Of a stretch of 64,000 bases of DNA, positions 8,395 through 16,591 are shown in pieces. The notes under the pieces were generated by a model that did not search any database, had not been told where the DNA came from, and saw only the letters and a program-made list of their open reading frames with translations. Location of the stretch: positions 164,349 through 228,348 of the IMG/VR virus record IMGVR_UViG_3300025869_002060. One strand, written 5' to 3'. The position numbers were made by a program, and so were the translations under genes. How positions within the stretch are numbered: the stretch's first letter is position 1; every line of letters begins with the position of its first letter.

Positions 8395-8512
8395 TACTGA
8401 CAAACAGTGGATATGCCCGGTTTGTGGGCATATCCATTATGGCGAAACTCACCCTGAGGTTGATTGCCCTATCTGTGCATTGCCTGGTGAAGAATACATT
8501 GAACAAGAATAG
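8384..8512 (+). CDS. Rubredoxin-like / zinc-ribbon micro-protein (42 aa, not in ORF track)
   Basis: Manual translation from GTG: MTSNTDKQWICPVCGHIHYGETHPEVDCPICALPGEEYIEQE; two CxxC knuckles. Confidence 0.8.
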   Translation: MTSNTDKQWICPVCGHIHYGETHPEVDCPICALPGEEYIEQE

Positions 8513-8523
8513 AAAGGCACACT

Positions 8524-9396
8524 ATGAACTGGCGTTATAGCGAAGAATTTTATAGTATACAAGGTGAAGGCAAATTTGTAGGAGTACCTAGTGTATTTTT
8601 ACGTATGTTTGGTTGCAACTTTCGTTGTAAGAACTTTGGTAGATCCAAAGACGAAACCTTTGCTAAAAACGAACCAAATCCTGAAGTGCAAGAAGTTATT
8701 GATAATATTGATCAATACGAGAATTTTGGAGATTTACCAATTGTGCATACTGGTTGCGATACGTATGCAAGTATCTATCCGCAGTTTAAACGTTTTATGA
8801 AAAATCTTAACACTGACGAGGTAGCTGAACGTTTACTAGCATTAACACCAAATGGTTCATGGACCATGCCCAATGGGCAAGATATTCATCTAATTATAAC
8901 TGGCGGAGAGCCATTGCTTGGTTGGCAAAAAAATTATGTTGAATTATTTAATCATCCGAAAATGAAAGATTTAAAAAATGTTACAATCGAAACAAATGGT
9001 ACTCAAGCTCTTAGACCGGAGTTTGTTGACTTTATCACACATCAAGAAAGAATATGTATTACTTTCTCGTGTAGCCCAAAGTTATCCGTTTCGGGAGAGT
9101 CTTGGAGTGATGCTATTAACCCTGACATTGTTAGCACTTACTATAATCTTCCTAATAGTGATTTGTATCTTAAGTTTGTGGTTAACGATGATGTGGATGT
9201 GGACGAAGTTAGCAGAGCTACTGAAGAGTATCGTGCGGCCGGGGTTGAGTGTCCAGTATATACTATGCCGCTTGGCGGACGGTATGACGAGTATAAAGCA
9301 ACGACTAAAAGGGTCGCAGAACTCGCAATGCAAAAAGGGTGGAGATATACACCCAGACTACACGTTGATATCTTCGGAAATGCATGGGGCACGTAA
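8524..9396 (+). CDS. queE: 7-carboxy-7-deazaguanine synthase (radical SAM)
   Basis: EFYSIQGEG, FLRMFGCNFRC...GCDT, ITGGEPLL, IETNGT, SPKL, PRLHVDIFG. Confidence 0.92.
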   Translation: MNWRYSEEFYSIQGEGKFVGVPSVFLRMFGCNFRCKNFGRSKDETFAKNEPNPEVQEVIDNIDQYENFGDLPIVHTGCDTYASIYPQFKRFMKNLNTDEVAERLLALTPNGSWTMPNGQDIHLIITGGEPLLGWQKNYVELFNHPKMKDLKNVTIETNGTQALRPEFVDFITHQERICITFSCSPKLSVSGESWSDAINPDIVSTYYNLPNSDLYLKFVVNDDVDVDEVSRATEEYRAAGVECPVYTMPLGGRYDEYKATTKRVAELAMQKGWRYTPRLHVDIFGNAWGT

Positions 9397-9469
9397 GAAA
9401 GAAACGCCATTAGAAAAGGCTATGAAAGCACCCATTGACATTGACAAACTGAGGAACCGAGGATTTTGA
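9380..9469 (+). CDS. Possible 29-aa micro-ORF
   Basis: MHGARKKETPLEKAMKAPIDIDKLRNRGF bridges the queE end and the next start with overlaps at both ends. Confidence 0.35.
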   Translation: MHGARKKETPLEKAMKAPIDIDKLRNRGF

Positions 9470-10137
9470 CCAAAGTAGTACACACCCAAATAGTATGTGG
9501 AATGCCACACCTACTATCAAATTTTGATTTGAACCTAAATCATCTTAGCAAAGAACTTGGAGACATACACTGGCATTTTATGTATGATCGTCCCGGTGAT
9601 GCAACAGTAAAAGGTGAGCGTGTTTATCAAAGTTTTCTACGTCTTGATTTTGACATTGTAGATACATTTAAAGAAGATGATGTACTTCATATTGTTACAA
9701 CAGGAGAACAAGTTGACGATGCTATCTTTAAGACTGTACATACATTTGGTAAAAATAAAATTACCTTGTACAGTATTGGGATAATTATTGATAAGGGTTC
9801 ACTTGTTAAAGCTATAACTGCAAAAAATAGAGACTTAGAGTTTTGGGCCAATCACAGAAATTTTAAACGTGTTACACGTTCAAAAGAAATATTAGCCTCA
9901 TTTAATACGTATCCTAGTATTGATTTTAATTGTGCTGGAATACTATATTGTGCAAACTATGTTAGGTACATATACCAGTTTGCAGATATACTAAAGAAAC
10001 AAGTTACTGTTAAAAATATGTACTTCTTTGGTAACATTAAACCATATCAAGTACTTGATATTGTTCAGGACGAACACGGCATACATATTATTAGTGAAGA
10101 CCGATTAATAGCAACTTGTATATGCGAACTAGAATAG
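9466..10137 (+). CDS. Double-hotdog protein resembling the Pnap_2097/LnmK-related biosynthetic family
   Basis: GMPHL...LSKELGDIHW, ERVYQSFL, DFNCAGILY, YFFGNI motifs recalled from that family. Confidence 0.55.
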   Translation: MTKVVHTQIVCGMPHLLSNFDLNLNHLSKELGDIHWHFMYDRPGDATVKGERVYQSFLRLDFDIVDTFKEDDVLHIVTTGEQVDDAIFKTVHTFGKNKITLYSIGIIIDKGSLVKAITAKNRDLEFWANHRNFKRVTRSKEILASFNTYPSIDFNCAGILYCANYVRYIYQFADILKKQVTVKNMYFFGNIKPYQVLDIVQDEHGIHIISEDRLIATCICELE

Positions 10138-10147
10138 GAGTAGAAAT

Positions 10148-10489
10148 ATGAATTCATTTTTTGATAAGTTTAAGAAGAAACCTGCTACAGCCACTCCTCC
10201 AAAGCAGAAGCCTAAGAAGACTCCAAAGGAAATTGCTACCGAAGCAGGTGAACCATGGGTTGAAGTTATCTCAATGGATATTGATCCGGATGATGTTGGC
10301 AACGGGGCATTTGAATTAGACTGGAATGATAAATTTATTGTTAATTTAGTCAGAGCAGGATACCAGGTCAAACCAGGCGAAGCCGAAGAATTAATTGTAG
10401 ATCGTTGGTTTCAATCTGTTTGTCGCAATGTTGTTATGGAAAACTATGAACAAGAACAAGCAGATCCTGATATTCGAAATCAGAAGTAA
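10148..10489 (+). CDS. Hypothetical protein
   Basis: GGAG RBS; 113 aa. Confidence 0.75.
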   Translation: MNSFFDKFKKKPATATPPKQKPKKTPKEIATEAGEPWVEVISMDIDPDDVGNGAFELDWNDKFIVNLVRAGYQVKPGEAEELIVDRWFQSVCRNVVMENYEQEQADPDIRNQK

Positions 10490-11217
10490 TGTCAAAGATA
10501 CTATACATTAACGGCGACAGTCATGCGGCCGGCGCTGAAGCAGTGGTTTCATTTGCATTTGCAGAAGATGATCCACATAACTATCCTCCGCCTAATCGTA
10601 AACCACACCCAGAAAACGAAATAGCAAGTTTTGGCAACGTATTAGCAGATCAATTGGGCATGACTCCTTACAATGATAGCGAGAGTGCTAGTAGCAATGA
10701 TCGTATTGTACGTACTACCCGGAAATGGCTTGAAGAAACATCAGAAAAACCTGGACTAGTATTAATTGGATGGAGTACTTGGGAAAGAGAAGAATGGTTC
10801 CATGATAATGAATATTTTCAGGTAAATTGTAGTGGAGTTGACCTGGTCCCACGAGATTTGCGAGATAAATACAAGCAGTGGATTATAACACAATCAAAAA
10901 AAGAACGTGAACTAGAATATAAATGGCATGATGAAATACATCAGTTCCATTTAGAATTATCAAGAAAGAACATAAATCACCTATTCTTTAATACATATCA
11001 GTATTTCTTTAACACTGTGTCGTTTAGTCGTGAAAAACTAAATTGGGACAACTGTTATATCAACCCATACGAACAAGACGGAACATATTACTATTACCTA
11101 AAGAAACAGGGTTATAGTACAGTAAACAAAAATAGTTATCATTACCCAAAATTAGCACATCGTGCTTGGGCAGACTATTTAAGACAATATCTCCAAAGAG
11201 GCGGAAATCACATTTAA
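10489..11217 (+). CDS. SGNH/GDSL-like protein
   Basis: Block I INGDSH; C-terminal HYPKLAH. Confidence 0.6.
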   Translation: MSKILYINGDSHAAGAEAVVSFAFAEDDPHNYPPPNRKPHPENEIASFGNVLADQLGMTPYNDSESASSNDRIVRTTRKWLEETSEKPGLVLIGWSTWEREEWFHDNEYFQVNCSGVDLVPRDLRDKYKQWIITQSKKERELEYKWHDEIHQFHLELSRKNINHLFFNTYQYFFNTVSFSREKLNWDNCYINPYEQDGTYYYYLKKQGYSTVNKNSYHYPKLAHRAWADYLRQYLQRGGNHI

Positions 11218-11222
11218 ATTGG

Positions 11223-11251
11223 TTGACTTAATCAAAAATATGTATTATACT
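11223..11251 (+). promoter_or_regulatory. Sigma70-type promoter
   Basis: (GG)TTGACT-17nt-TATACT. Confidence 0.75.
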
Positions 11252-11285
11252 ATATAAAATTTGAATATTATAATAGGATATACAC

Positions 11286-12275
11286 ATGAAGTATCTGTTA
11301 GTTGACACCGCAAATACGTTCTTTCGTGCCCGGCATGCGGCATTTAGAGGATCTGATACTTGGACTCGATTAGGTTTTGCAATGCATGTTACCTTAGCCG
11401 GACTCAACAAAGTTTGGCGTGATCAACAAGGTGAACATATTGTATTCTGTCTTGAAGGACGCAGTTGGCGTAAAGACTTTTATGATCCGTATAAGAAAAA
11501 TAGGGCAGTGGCTCGTGCCGCCCTTACAGAAGCAGAGCTAGAAGAAGATAAAGTATTCTGGGAGGCATTTGACGACTTTAAAGACTTTGTGTCAGAAAAA
11601 ACCAATTGTACTGTTATGCAACACCCCCAACTAGAGGCAGACGATCTTATTGCAGGTTGGATACAAAGTCACCCAGACGATGAACATATTATTGTTAGTA
11701 GCGACAGTGATTTTTACCAGCTACTATCAAGTAACGTAAAACAGTACAATGGCATAACCGACGAGTTGCATACACTCGAAGGTATCTTTGATAAGAAAGG
11801 TAACAGAGTATTGGATAAAAAGACTAAAGAACCTAAAGTAATTCCAGACCCTGAATGGTTATTGTTTGAAAAATGTATGCGAGGTGACTCTAGTGATAAT
11901 GTATTCAGTGCATATCCTGGGGTACGTAAGAAAGGTACTAAGAACAAAGTTGGTCTACTAGAAGCATATGCTGATAGAAAGACTAAAGGATATAATTGGA
12001 ATAACCTAATGTTACAACGTTGGGTTGACCATAACGAAATTGAGCACCGTGTGCTTGATGACTACGAACGTAATGTAACATTGGTTGATCTTTCTGCTCA
12101 ACCAGATGACGTTAAACAAATTATTGCTACTACTATTGCAGAAAATAGTGTAACAAAAAACATCTCACAAATAGGAACTAAGTTTCTTAAATTTTGCGGC
12201 AAGTATGAACTTAACCGCATGAGTGAAAATGCTCAGCAGTTTGCTGAGATACTATCATCGGAGTATAAAGAATGA
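11286..12275 (+). CDS. rnh: 5'-3' exonuclease / T4 RNase H-like flap nuclease
   Basis: LVDTAN, SWRKDFYDPYKKNR, EADDLIA, SSDSDFYQL, GDSSDNV. Confidence 0.88.
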   Translation: MKYLLVDTANTFFRARHAAFRGSDTWTRLGFAMHVTLAGLNKVWRDQQGEHIVFCLEGRSWRKDFYDPYKKNRAVARAALTEAELEEDKVFWEAFDDFKDFVSEKTNCTVMQHPQLEADDLIAGWIQSHPDDEHIIVSSDSDFYQLLSSNVKQYNGITDELHTLEGIFDKKGNRVLDKKTKEPKVIPDPEWLLFEKCMRGDSSDNVFSAYPGVRKKGTKNKVGLLEAYADRKTKGYNWNNLMLQRWVDHNEIEHRVLDDYERNVTLVDLSAQPDDVKQIIATTIAENSVTKNISQIGTKFLKFCGKYELNRMSENAQQFAEILSSEYKE

Positions 12276-12760
12276 CACAAAAAACAGCCACTCCAGTTCT
12301 AAAAAATAAATTTTGGATTGTAGAAGATAACGGTAAAAAGATTGCCACTATTCAAGCCGTTGAAGGCGGCGGGTTTACGTATGTTAAAGGAGCAACATAC
12401 AGAGAACGATTCCCGGCACTCAAAGATATTGAAGTGAAATATAACGTTAGTATCAGCGACGAAAACAATGAATCAGCTAAAACTAAAGACAATTCATTGT
12501 ACGGATATCCAGTTGGAGATACAAAAACTTTTAACGAAAGTTACAATGCTCAAACTAAAATGCCGGTATTTACTAAAACTCCAGCAAGTAAAAGTCAATA
12601 TTGTGCAGGGTTTTATTGTATTGAACTTGACAACGATCAATGGATCAGTCACTTCTGTCCCAAGCTAATTACGGTCAGAAGGTATGCATATATGGGTCCA
12701 TTTAAAAACGAAAATGAAATGTTGGAAGCATGGAAAACAGCCTACCCACACCTAAGTTAA
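12272..12760 (+). CDS. Hypothetical protein
   Basis: 162-aa ORF coupled to the exonuclease gene. Confidence 0.75.
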   Translation: MTQKTATPVLKNKFWIVEDNGKKIATIQAVEGGGFTYVKGATYRERFPALKDIEVKYNVSISDENNESAKTKDNSLYGYPVGDTKTFNESYNAQTKMPVFTKTPASKSQYCAGFYCIELDNDQWISHFCPKLITVRRYAYMGPFKNENEMLEAWKTAYPHLS

Positions 12761-12987
12761 CTCGTAACTTACAAACTTTAAGTGACCGTGTGCAAGTTGC
12801 ACAACAGACAGGTAAACGAGAAGTTGTATTGGATATAAAACTTGCTAGTGGTGTGGTAAGTGAAATTGTTAAACTATTATCGCTTAATATTGAATTACAC
12901 CAGCAGTATTTAGAAAACCAACTTATTCAAGTTGAGCTTGATGCCGGAAATTACATTTTAGATCCTAACGAAAAAATAGATAAATAA
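12730..12987 (+). CDS. Hypothetical protein
   Basis: 85-aa ORF in the same run. Confidence 0.6.
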   Translation: MENSLPTPKLTRNLQTLSDRVQVAQQTGKREVVLDIKLASGVVSEIVKLLSLNIELHQQYLENQLIQVELDAGNYILDPNEKIDK

Positions 12988-13039
12988 AAGTAGCATATAA
13001 TAGAGGTATGCGGTTAACTCAATAAAAGCGATTTAAACT

Positions 13040-13327
13040 ATGTCAAGACCTAAGCCAAATATCATCATAGAGCATGTAAATAAACAATCATTTAAAAGTG
13101 ATCAGGTACTCGCCAGTGAAGGAATTTGGGCAGTGTATTATGAAGGCAAACCGATCAATCTTAAAACTCATAATATTCTTATTAGTTATCCTGGACCAAA
13201 ATACAAAAAGGTTTCATTTAGCAATCCAGGACATGCAATTAATTTAGCAAAGAAACTAAACGAGTTATTTAACAATGACGGTTTTACAGTAGTACTGTTG
13301 AAAAAAGGTGAAACAATTTACCCCTAA
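13040..13327 (+). CDS. Hypothetical protein (MSRPKP...)
   Basis: 95 aa; preceded by ATAAATA late-promoter-like motif at 12980-12986. Confidence 0.8.
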   Translation: MSRPKPNIIIEHVNKQSFKSDQVLASEGIWAVYYEGKPINLKTHNILISYPGPKYKKVSFSNPGHAINLAKKLNELFNNDGFTVVLLKKGETIYP

Positions 13328-13694
13328 ACGTTACAGTCAATCACAAGTGGCTAAGATTATATTAACTTTGCCAGATTTGCCTCCTGAATTAAATTCCCTA
13401 CCAAAACTAAATTTAACAATTTGGAAGAATCCTCTCAATAAAGAGAGTTTACACCTTAGTCATCAAGGTTGGTTGCTTGCCAACAAACTAAAAATGACCA
13501 TGTACAAATTTGAGCTTCCCAGTGCCTTTACTCCCAAACAACTACTAGAGCTAGAGAGATATCTCGCTGGACCTTACCATGTATATCATAAAGGATTGCG
13601 TCTAGCAGTTCTCGATGAGTCAGATTCTGTGATGTTAAATCTTCAAAAAGACAATATTCCAGGATATTTAGACAATTTATCTAAATATTCGTAA
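13308..13694 (+). CDS. Hypothetical protein
   Basis: 128-aa ORF overlapping the previous stop. Confidence 0.7.
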   Translation: MKQFTPKRYSQSQVAKIILTLPDLPPELNSLPKLNLTIWKNPLNKESLHLSHQGWLLANKLKMTMYKFELPSAFTPKQLLELERYLAGPYHVYHKGLRLAVLDESDSVMLNLQKDNIPGYLDNLSKYS

Positions 13695-13702
13695 TTTTTT
13701 GG

Positions 13703-13731
13703 TTGACTTTTTGGGTATCTTATAGTACTAT
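13703..13731 (+). promoter_or_regulatory. Sigma70-type promoter
   Basis: (GG)TTGACT-17nt-TACTAT. Confidence 0.7.
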
Positions 13732-13831
13732 AAACTTATAACAGTAGAGAACTAGGACGACTACTGGTATTAAATAATAGTTAGAGACACACACTACGAA
13801 AGTTTACAATAAAAATACAGGAGGTTGTAAC

Positions 13832-14626
13832 TTGAAAAAACTAACATTTATTGCCTTGGTAGGTATTCTTGGATTTGTTTCTATTAACATCTCTGGGATT
13901 AATGTGAAATCTGATCAAGCTGGACTTAATCTCAATGAAGCAAAAGCACAACAACATAATATTGGCACAGACGAACTTGTTTCTGATCAAGAAATTGCAT
14001 CAGAACATAATTGCACAGACGATGGATGTGCAGAGTTTGATGCCCAATCCAAAATTGTTGACGCAACCATATCAACAAAGAATCAGATCGAAAATGAACT
14101 ACCGGCAATCATTTATTTAACTGGTACTTCCGAACATCAATCAATGGAAGATTTAAGTGATGCAATTAATGATGAAATTAAATGCATGGCAGAAAATATT
14201 TATTGGGAAGCCCGGAATCAATCCAAACTAGGAATGATTGCAGTTGGTCGTGTTGTAGTAAATCGTGTACGTAGCAAAAACTACCCTGACACAGTATGCG
14301 GAGTAATACTGCAAGGACCAACAAGAGAGAGCTGGAAAACTCGTCAACACAAACATCTTAAAGACAGTGAAAGACGTTATTACCCAGTACGTAATAGGTG
14401 CCAATTTAGTTGGTATTGTGATGGAAAAAATGACGAAGTTCGTCGCAATGAAGGGGACATATTTACTCAAGCATGGCATATTGCCAGTGCTATTGTCCTA
14501 GACAACAGATGGGATGGTTTTATTGGTGGTGCAACTCACTATCATGCAGACTATGTAACACCATCTTGGAGACATGAACTTGTAGTTGTTAGCAAGATTG
14601 ACAACCACATTTTTTATAGACCGTAG
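13832..14626 (+). CDS. SleB/Hydrolase_2-family cell wall hydrolase
   Basis: Signal/TM N-terminus; CMAENIYWEAR, VVVNRV, TVCGVI, CQFSWYCDG, GATHYHADYVTPSW; GGAGG RBS before TTG. Confidence 0.9.
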   Translation: MKKLTFIALVGILGFVSINISGINVKSDQAGLNLNEAKAQQHNIGTDELVSDQEIASEHNCTDDGCAEFDAQSKIVDATISTKNQIENELPAIIYLTGTSEHQSMEDLSDAINDEIKCMAENIYWEARNQSKLGMIAVGRVVVNRVRSKNYPDTVCGVILQGPTRESWKTRQHKHLKDSERRYYPVRNRCQFSWYCDGKNDEVRRNEGDIFTQAWHIASAIVLDNRWDGFIGGATHYHADYVTPSWRHELVVVSKIDNHIFYRP

Positions 14627-14655
14627 TTGACAAAAGAATAAAAGTTTGCTATAGT
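14627..14655 (+). promoter_or_regulatory. Sigma70-type promoter with extended -10
   Basis: TTGACA-17nt-TATAGT, TG at -15/-14. Confidence 0.8.
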
Positions 14656-14732
14656 GTAAAAATTATAGCAAACTTTATCCTTGCTAAAGGCATTGTGCTG
14701 ATAGCAGTTTTATTGTAAAATGGAGAAACACT

Positions 14733-15758
14733 ATGAGACTTACTCGTAAACTTACCGATGTCATTGAAGAAGTTCGTATTATATTACAAACAGACTTTGA
14801 CATAACCACAGAAAAACTTAAAGCCTTAAGAGAACGTGTAGAAAAGAATGGTCACGATTATCCTATAGGAACAAACTTTATTCCGTTTAGTGAACAATGG
14901 CTTGACTATGAAGTTCAACGTGCCGCTATTCCTCAACATATTCTTAACATCATGCGAAACTACGATCCACGACTTTGTGGGCCGGCTAGTGCATGTCAAA
15001 TTGAAGGTCAAGATATAACAACCATATATGATGGACAACAAAGAAGTATTGCAACTGCCTTACTAGGATATCAAGCAGGACCTTGTAATGTTGTACGTAC
15101 CGATGATGTTGCATTTCCAAGTTATGCATTTGAGATGTTAAACGAAACTGGAGTTAAACGATTAACACCAGGAGATCTTCATCGTAATGCTTTGACTCGT
15201 TACCGGTTAGGATCACGAGAAGAAAAGAATGTTCGTGCAAGGAGTTTACAAGATCAATTTGATGATTGTGAAATTGACTTAGAAGATAAGAATACCCGAA
15301 AAGGAAATAATCGAGGTGAACACGATTACTTCTTTAGTCATTTCAATTATGCATACAAGGCAATTGATCTTGACTCAACAGGCAATGTACTCTTTAATAT
15401 ATTAAACAGTATTAAAGATGTATTTCCGTTACAAGAAGAAATTGATCAAGGTGTTTTTATTGGACTATATGAGATTGCACGTCTTGATAAAAGACAAGAG
15501 CTACCTGAAGATTGGATGAATACAGTTCTTAGGTCTGCTAAAAAACTATTTCCTTCAAGTGCAATAGTTCACAGTAAAGGTAGAATGCAATGGGGACATA
15601 TTAACCCTGGTGCTTCATGGAGTGCTCCAAGTGCAATGGCTAACTTTCTAAGAGAGATTTATTTGCTCAATGAAAGCGATTTAAACTTGCCTTATCACGG
15701 AGAAGGTGCTATAATGCAGGTTGCTACTAACCCTGAGCCTTCTTTAATTAGGAATTGA
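14733..15758 (+). CDS. ParB/Srx-superfamily protein (DGQQR type)
   Basis: LDYEVQR...YDGQQR...AFEMLNETG...LTPGDLHR. Confidence 0.65.
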   Translation: MRLTRKLTDVIEEVRIILQTDFDITTEKLKALRERVEKNGHDYPIGTNFIPFSEQWLDYEVQRAAIPQHILNIMRNYDPRLCGPASACQIEGQDITTIYDGQQRSIATALLGYQAGPCNVVRTDDVAFPSYAFEMLNETGVKRLTPGDLHRNALTRYRLGSREEKNVRARSLQDQFDDCEIDLEDKNTRKGNNRGEHDYFFSHFNYAYKAIDLDSTGNVLFNILNSIKDVFPLQEEIDQGVFIGLYEIARLDKRQELPEDWMNTVLRSAKKLFPSSAIVHSKGRMQWGHINPGASWSAPSAMANFLREIYLLNESDLNLPYHGEGAIMQVATNPEPSLIRN

Positions 15759-15759
15759 A

Positions 15760-16044
15760 ATGGAACCTAACCTTTACAAATTTACTAAGGTATTACCAAA
15801 AGCATACGATAAAGTATTGCGAGAGGCTGTATGGAGCGAAGACGAATCTGAGTTATACGATTTGTGTTATCATTATCATAACAAAGATTCAGAACGCGAT
15901 GTACAAATGGCGGCTGAACGTTTATATGATCTAATGATGGATGTTGCTAGTGTACGTCAACTTGATATGAGTCTTAATGTAGTAGAAATACTTGAAGAAG
16001 TTCGTGAAGATCTAAGGAAGGAATATCCTCAAGATGGATCTTAA
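15760..16044 (+). CDS. Acidic hypothetical protein
   Basis: 94-aa ORF between two coupled genes. Confidence 0.7.
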   Translation: MEPNLYKFTKVLPKAYDKVLREAVWSEDESELYDLCYHYHNKDSERDVQMAAERLYDLMMDVASVRQLDMSLNVVEILEEVREDLRKEYPQDGS

Positions 16045-16591
16045 AGAAAGAATAAGCAAGTTTAGGCAACCCAAGTTTGCTAATCGTAAACGTAATAAAG
16101 AGTCCTACGTAAACATTGCCAAGTATGCATATGCCAATTTAGATAGGTTGTGCAAGGAATATAATAGTACTGTAAACAATGAAGATACTGTTAAACTAAT
16201 ACGAACAGATGTCGATCAAGTACTACGAAGGTTTCACAAGTACTGTATTAAAGAACGTATTGGATCTCATTATATTGAAATAGGAGTAGACATCGATGAT
16301 GCCGAATTTGAACATATGGTTCCTAATACCGTTACTTTGGATTTGCTTTTACACAATGTTATAACTGTGACAGATGCATGTAACATGCCAACTTGTACAT
16401 TAAGCAAAGAACGACATAATTCTCTTAGAGAAAAAGGTTGGGGTAGCAAGACACCAGACATATACGAGTTTTGGAAACGTTACGAATATTGTTTTGAAGT
16501 TGATGGACAGTTTACAACGTGGGACGGAATTCCAGTTGATGTTAATCAGACTTTGCTAAAGCATCTTCAAACAGAGTCTTCATGGATTTAG
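16034..16591 (+). CDS. Putative His-Me finger (HNH-like) nuclease
   Basis: FEHMVP (EHxxP) followed by PTCTLSKERHNSL. Confidence 0.5.
   Translation: MDLKERISKFRQPKFANRKRNKESYVNIAKYAYANLDRLCKEYNSTVNNEDTVKLIRTDVDQVLRRFHKYCIKERIGSHYIEIGVDIDDAEFEHMVPNTVTLDLLLHNVITVTDACNMPTCTLSKERHNSLREKGWGSKTPDIYEFWKRYEYCFEVDGQFTTWDGIPVDVNQTLLKHLQTESSWI

Noticed and set aside
14660-14715. Small hairpins (TAGCAA/TTGCTA; TGCT/AGCA) in the leader of the ParB-like gene
   Set aside because: Stems of 4-6 bp in AT-rich sequence are expected by chance and no known motif was recognised
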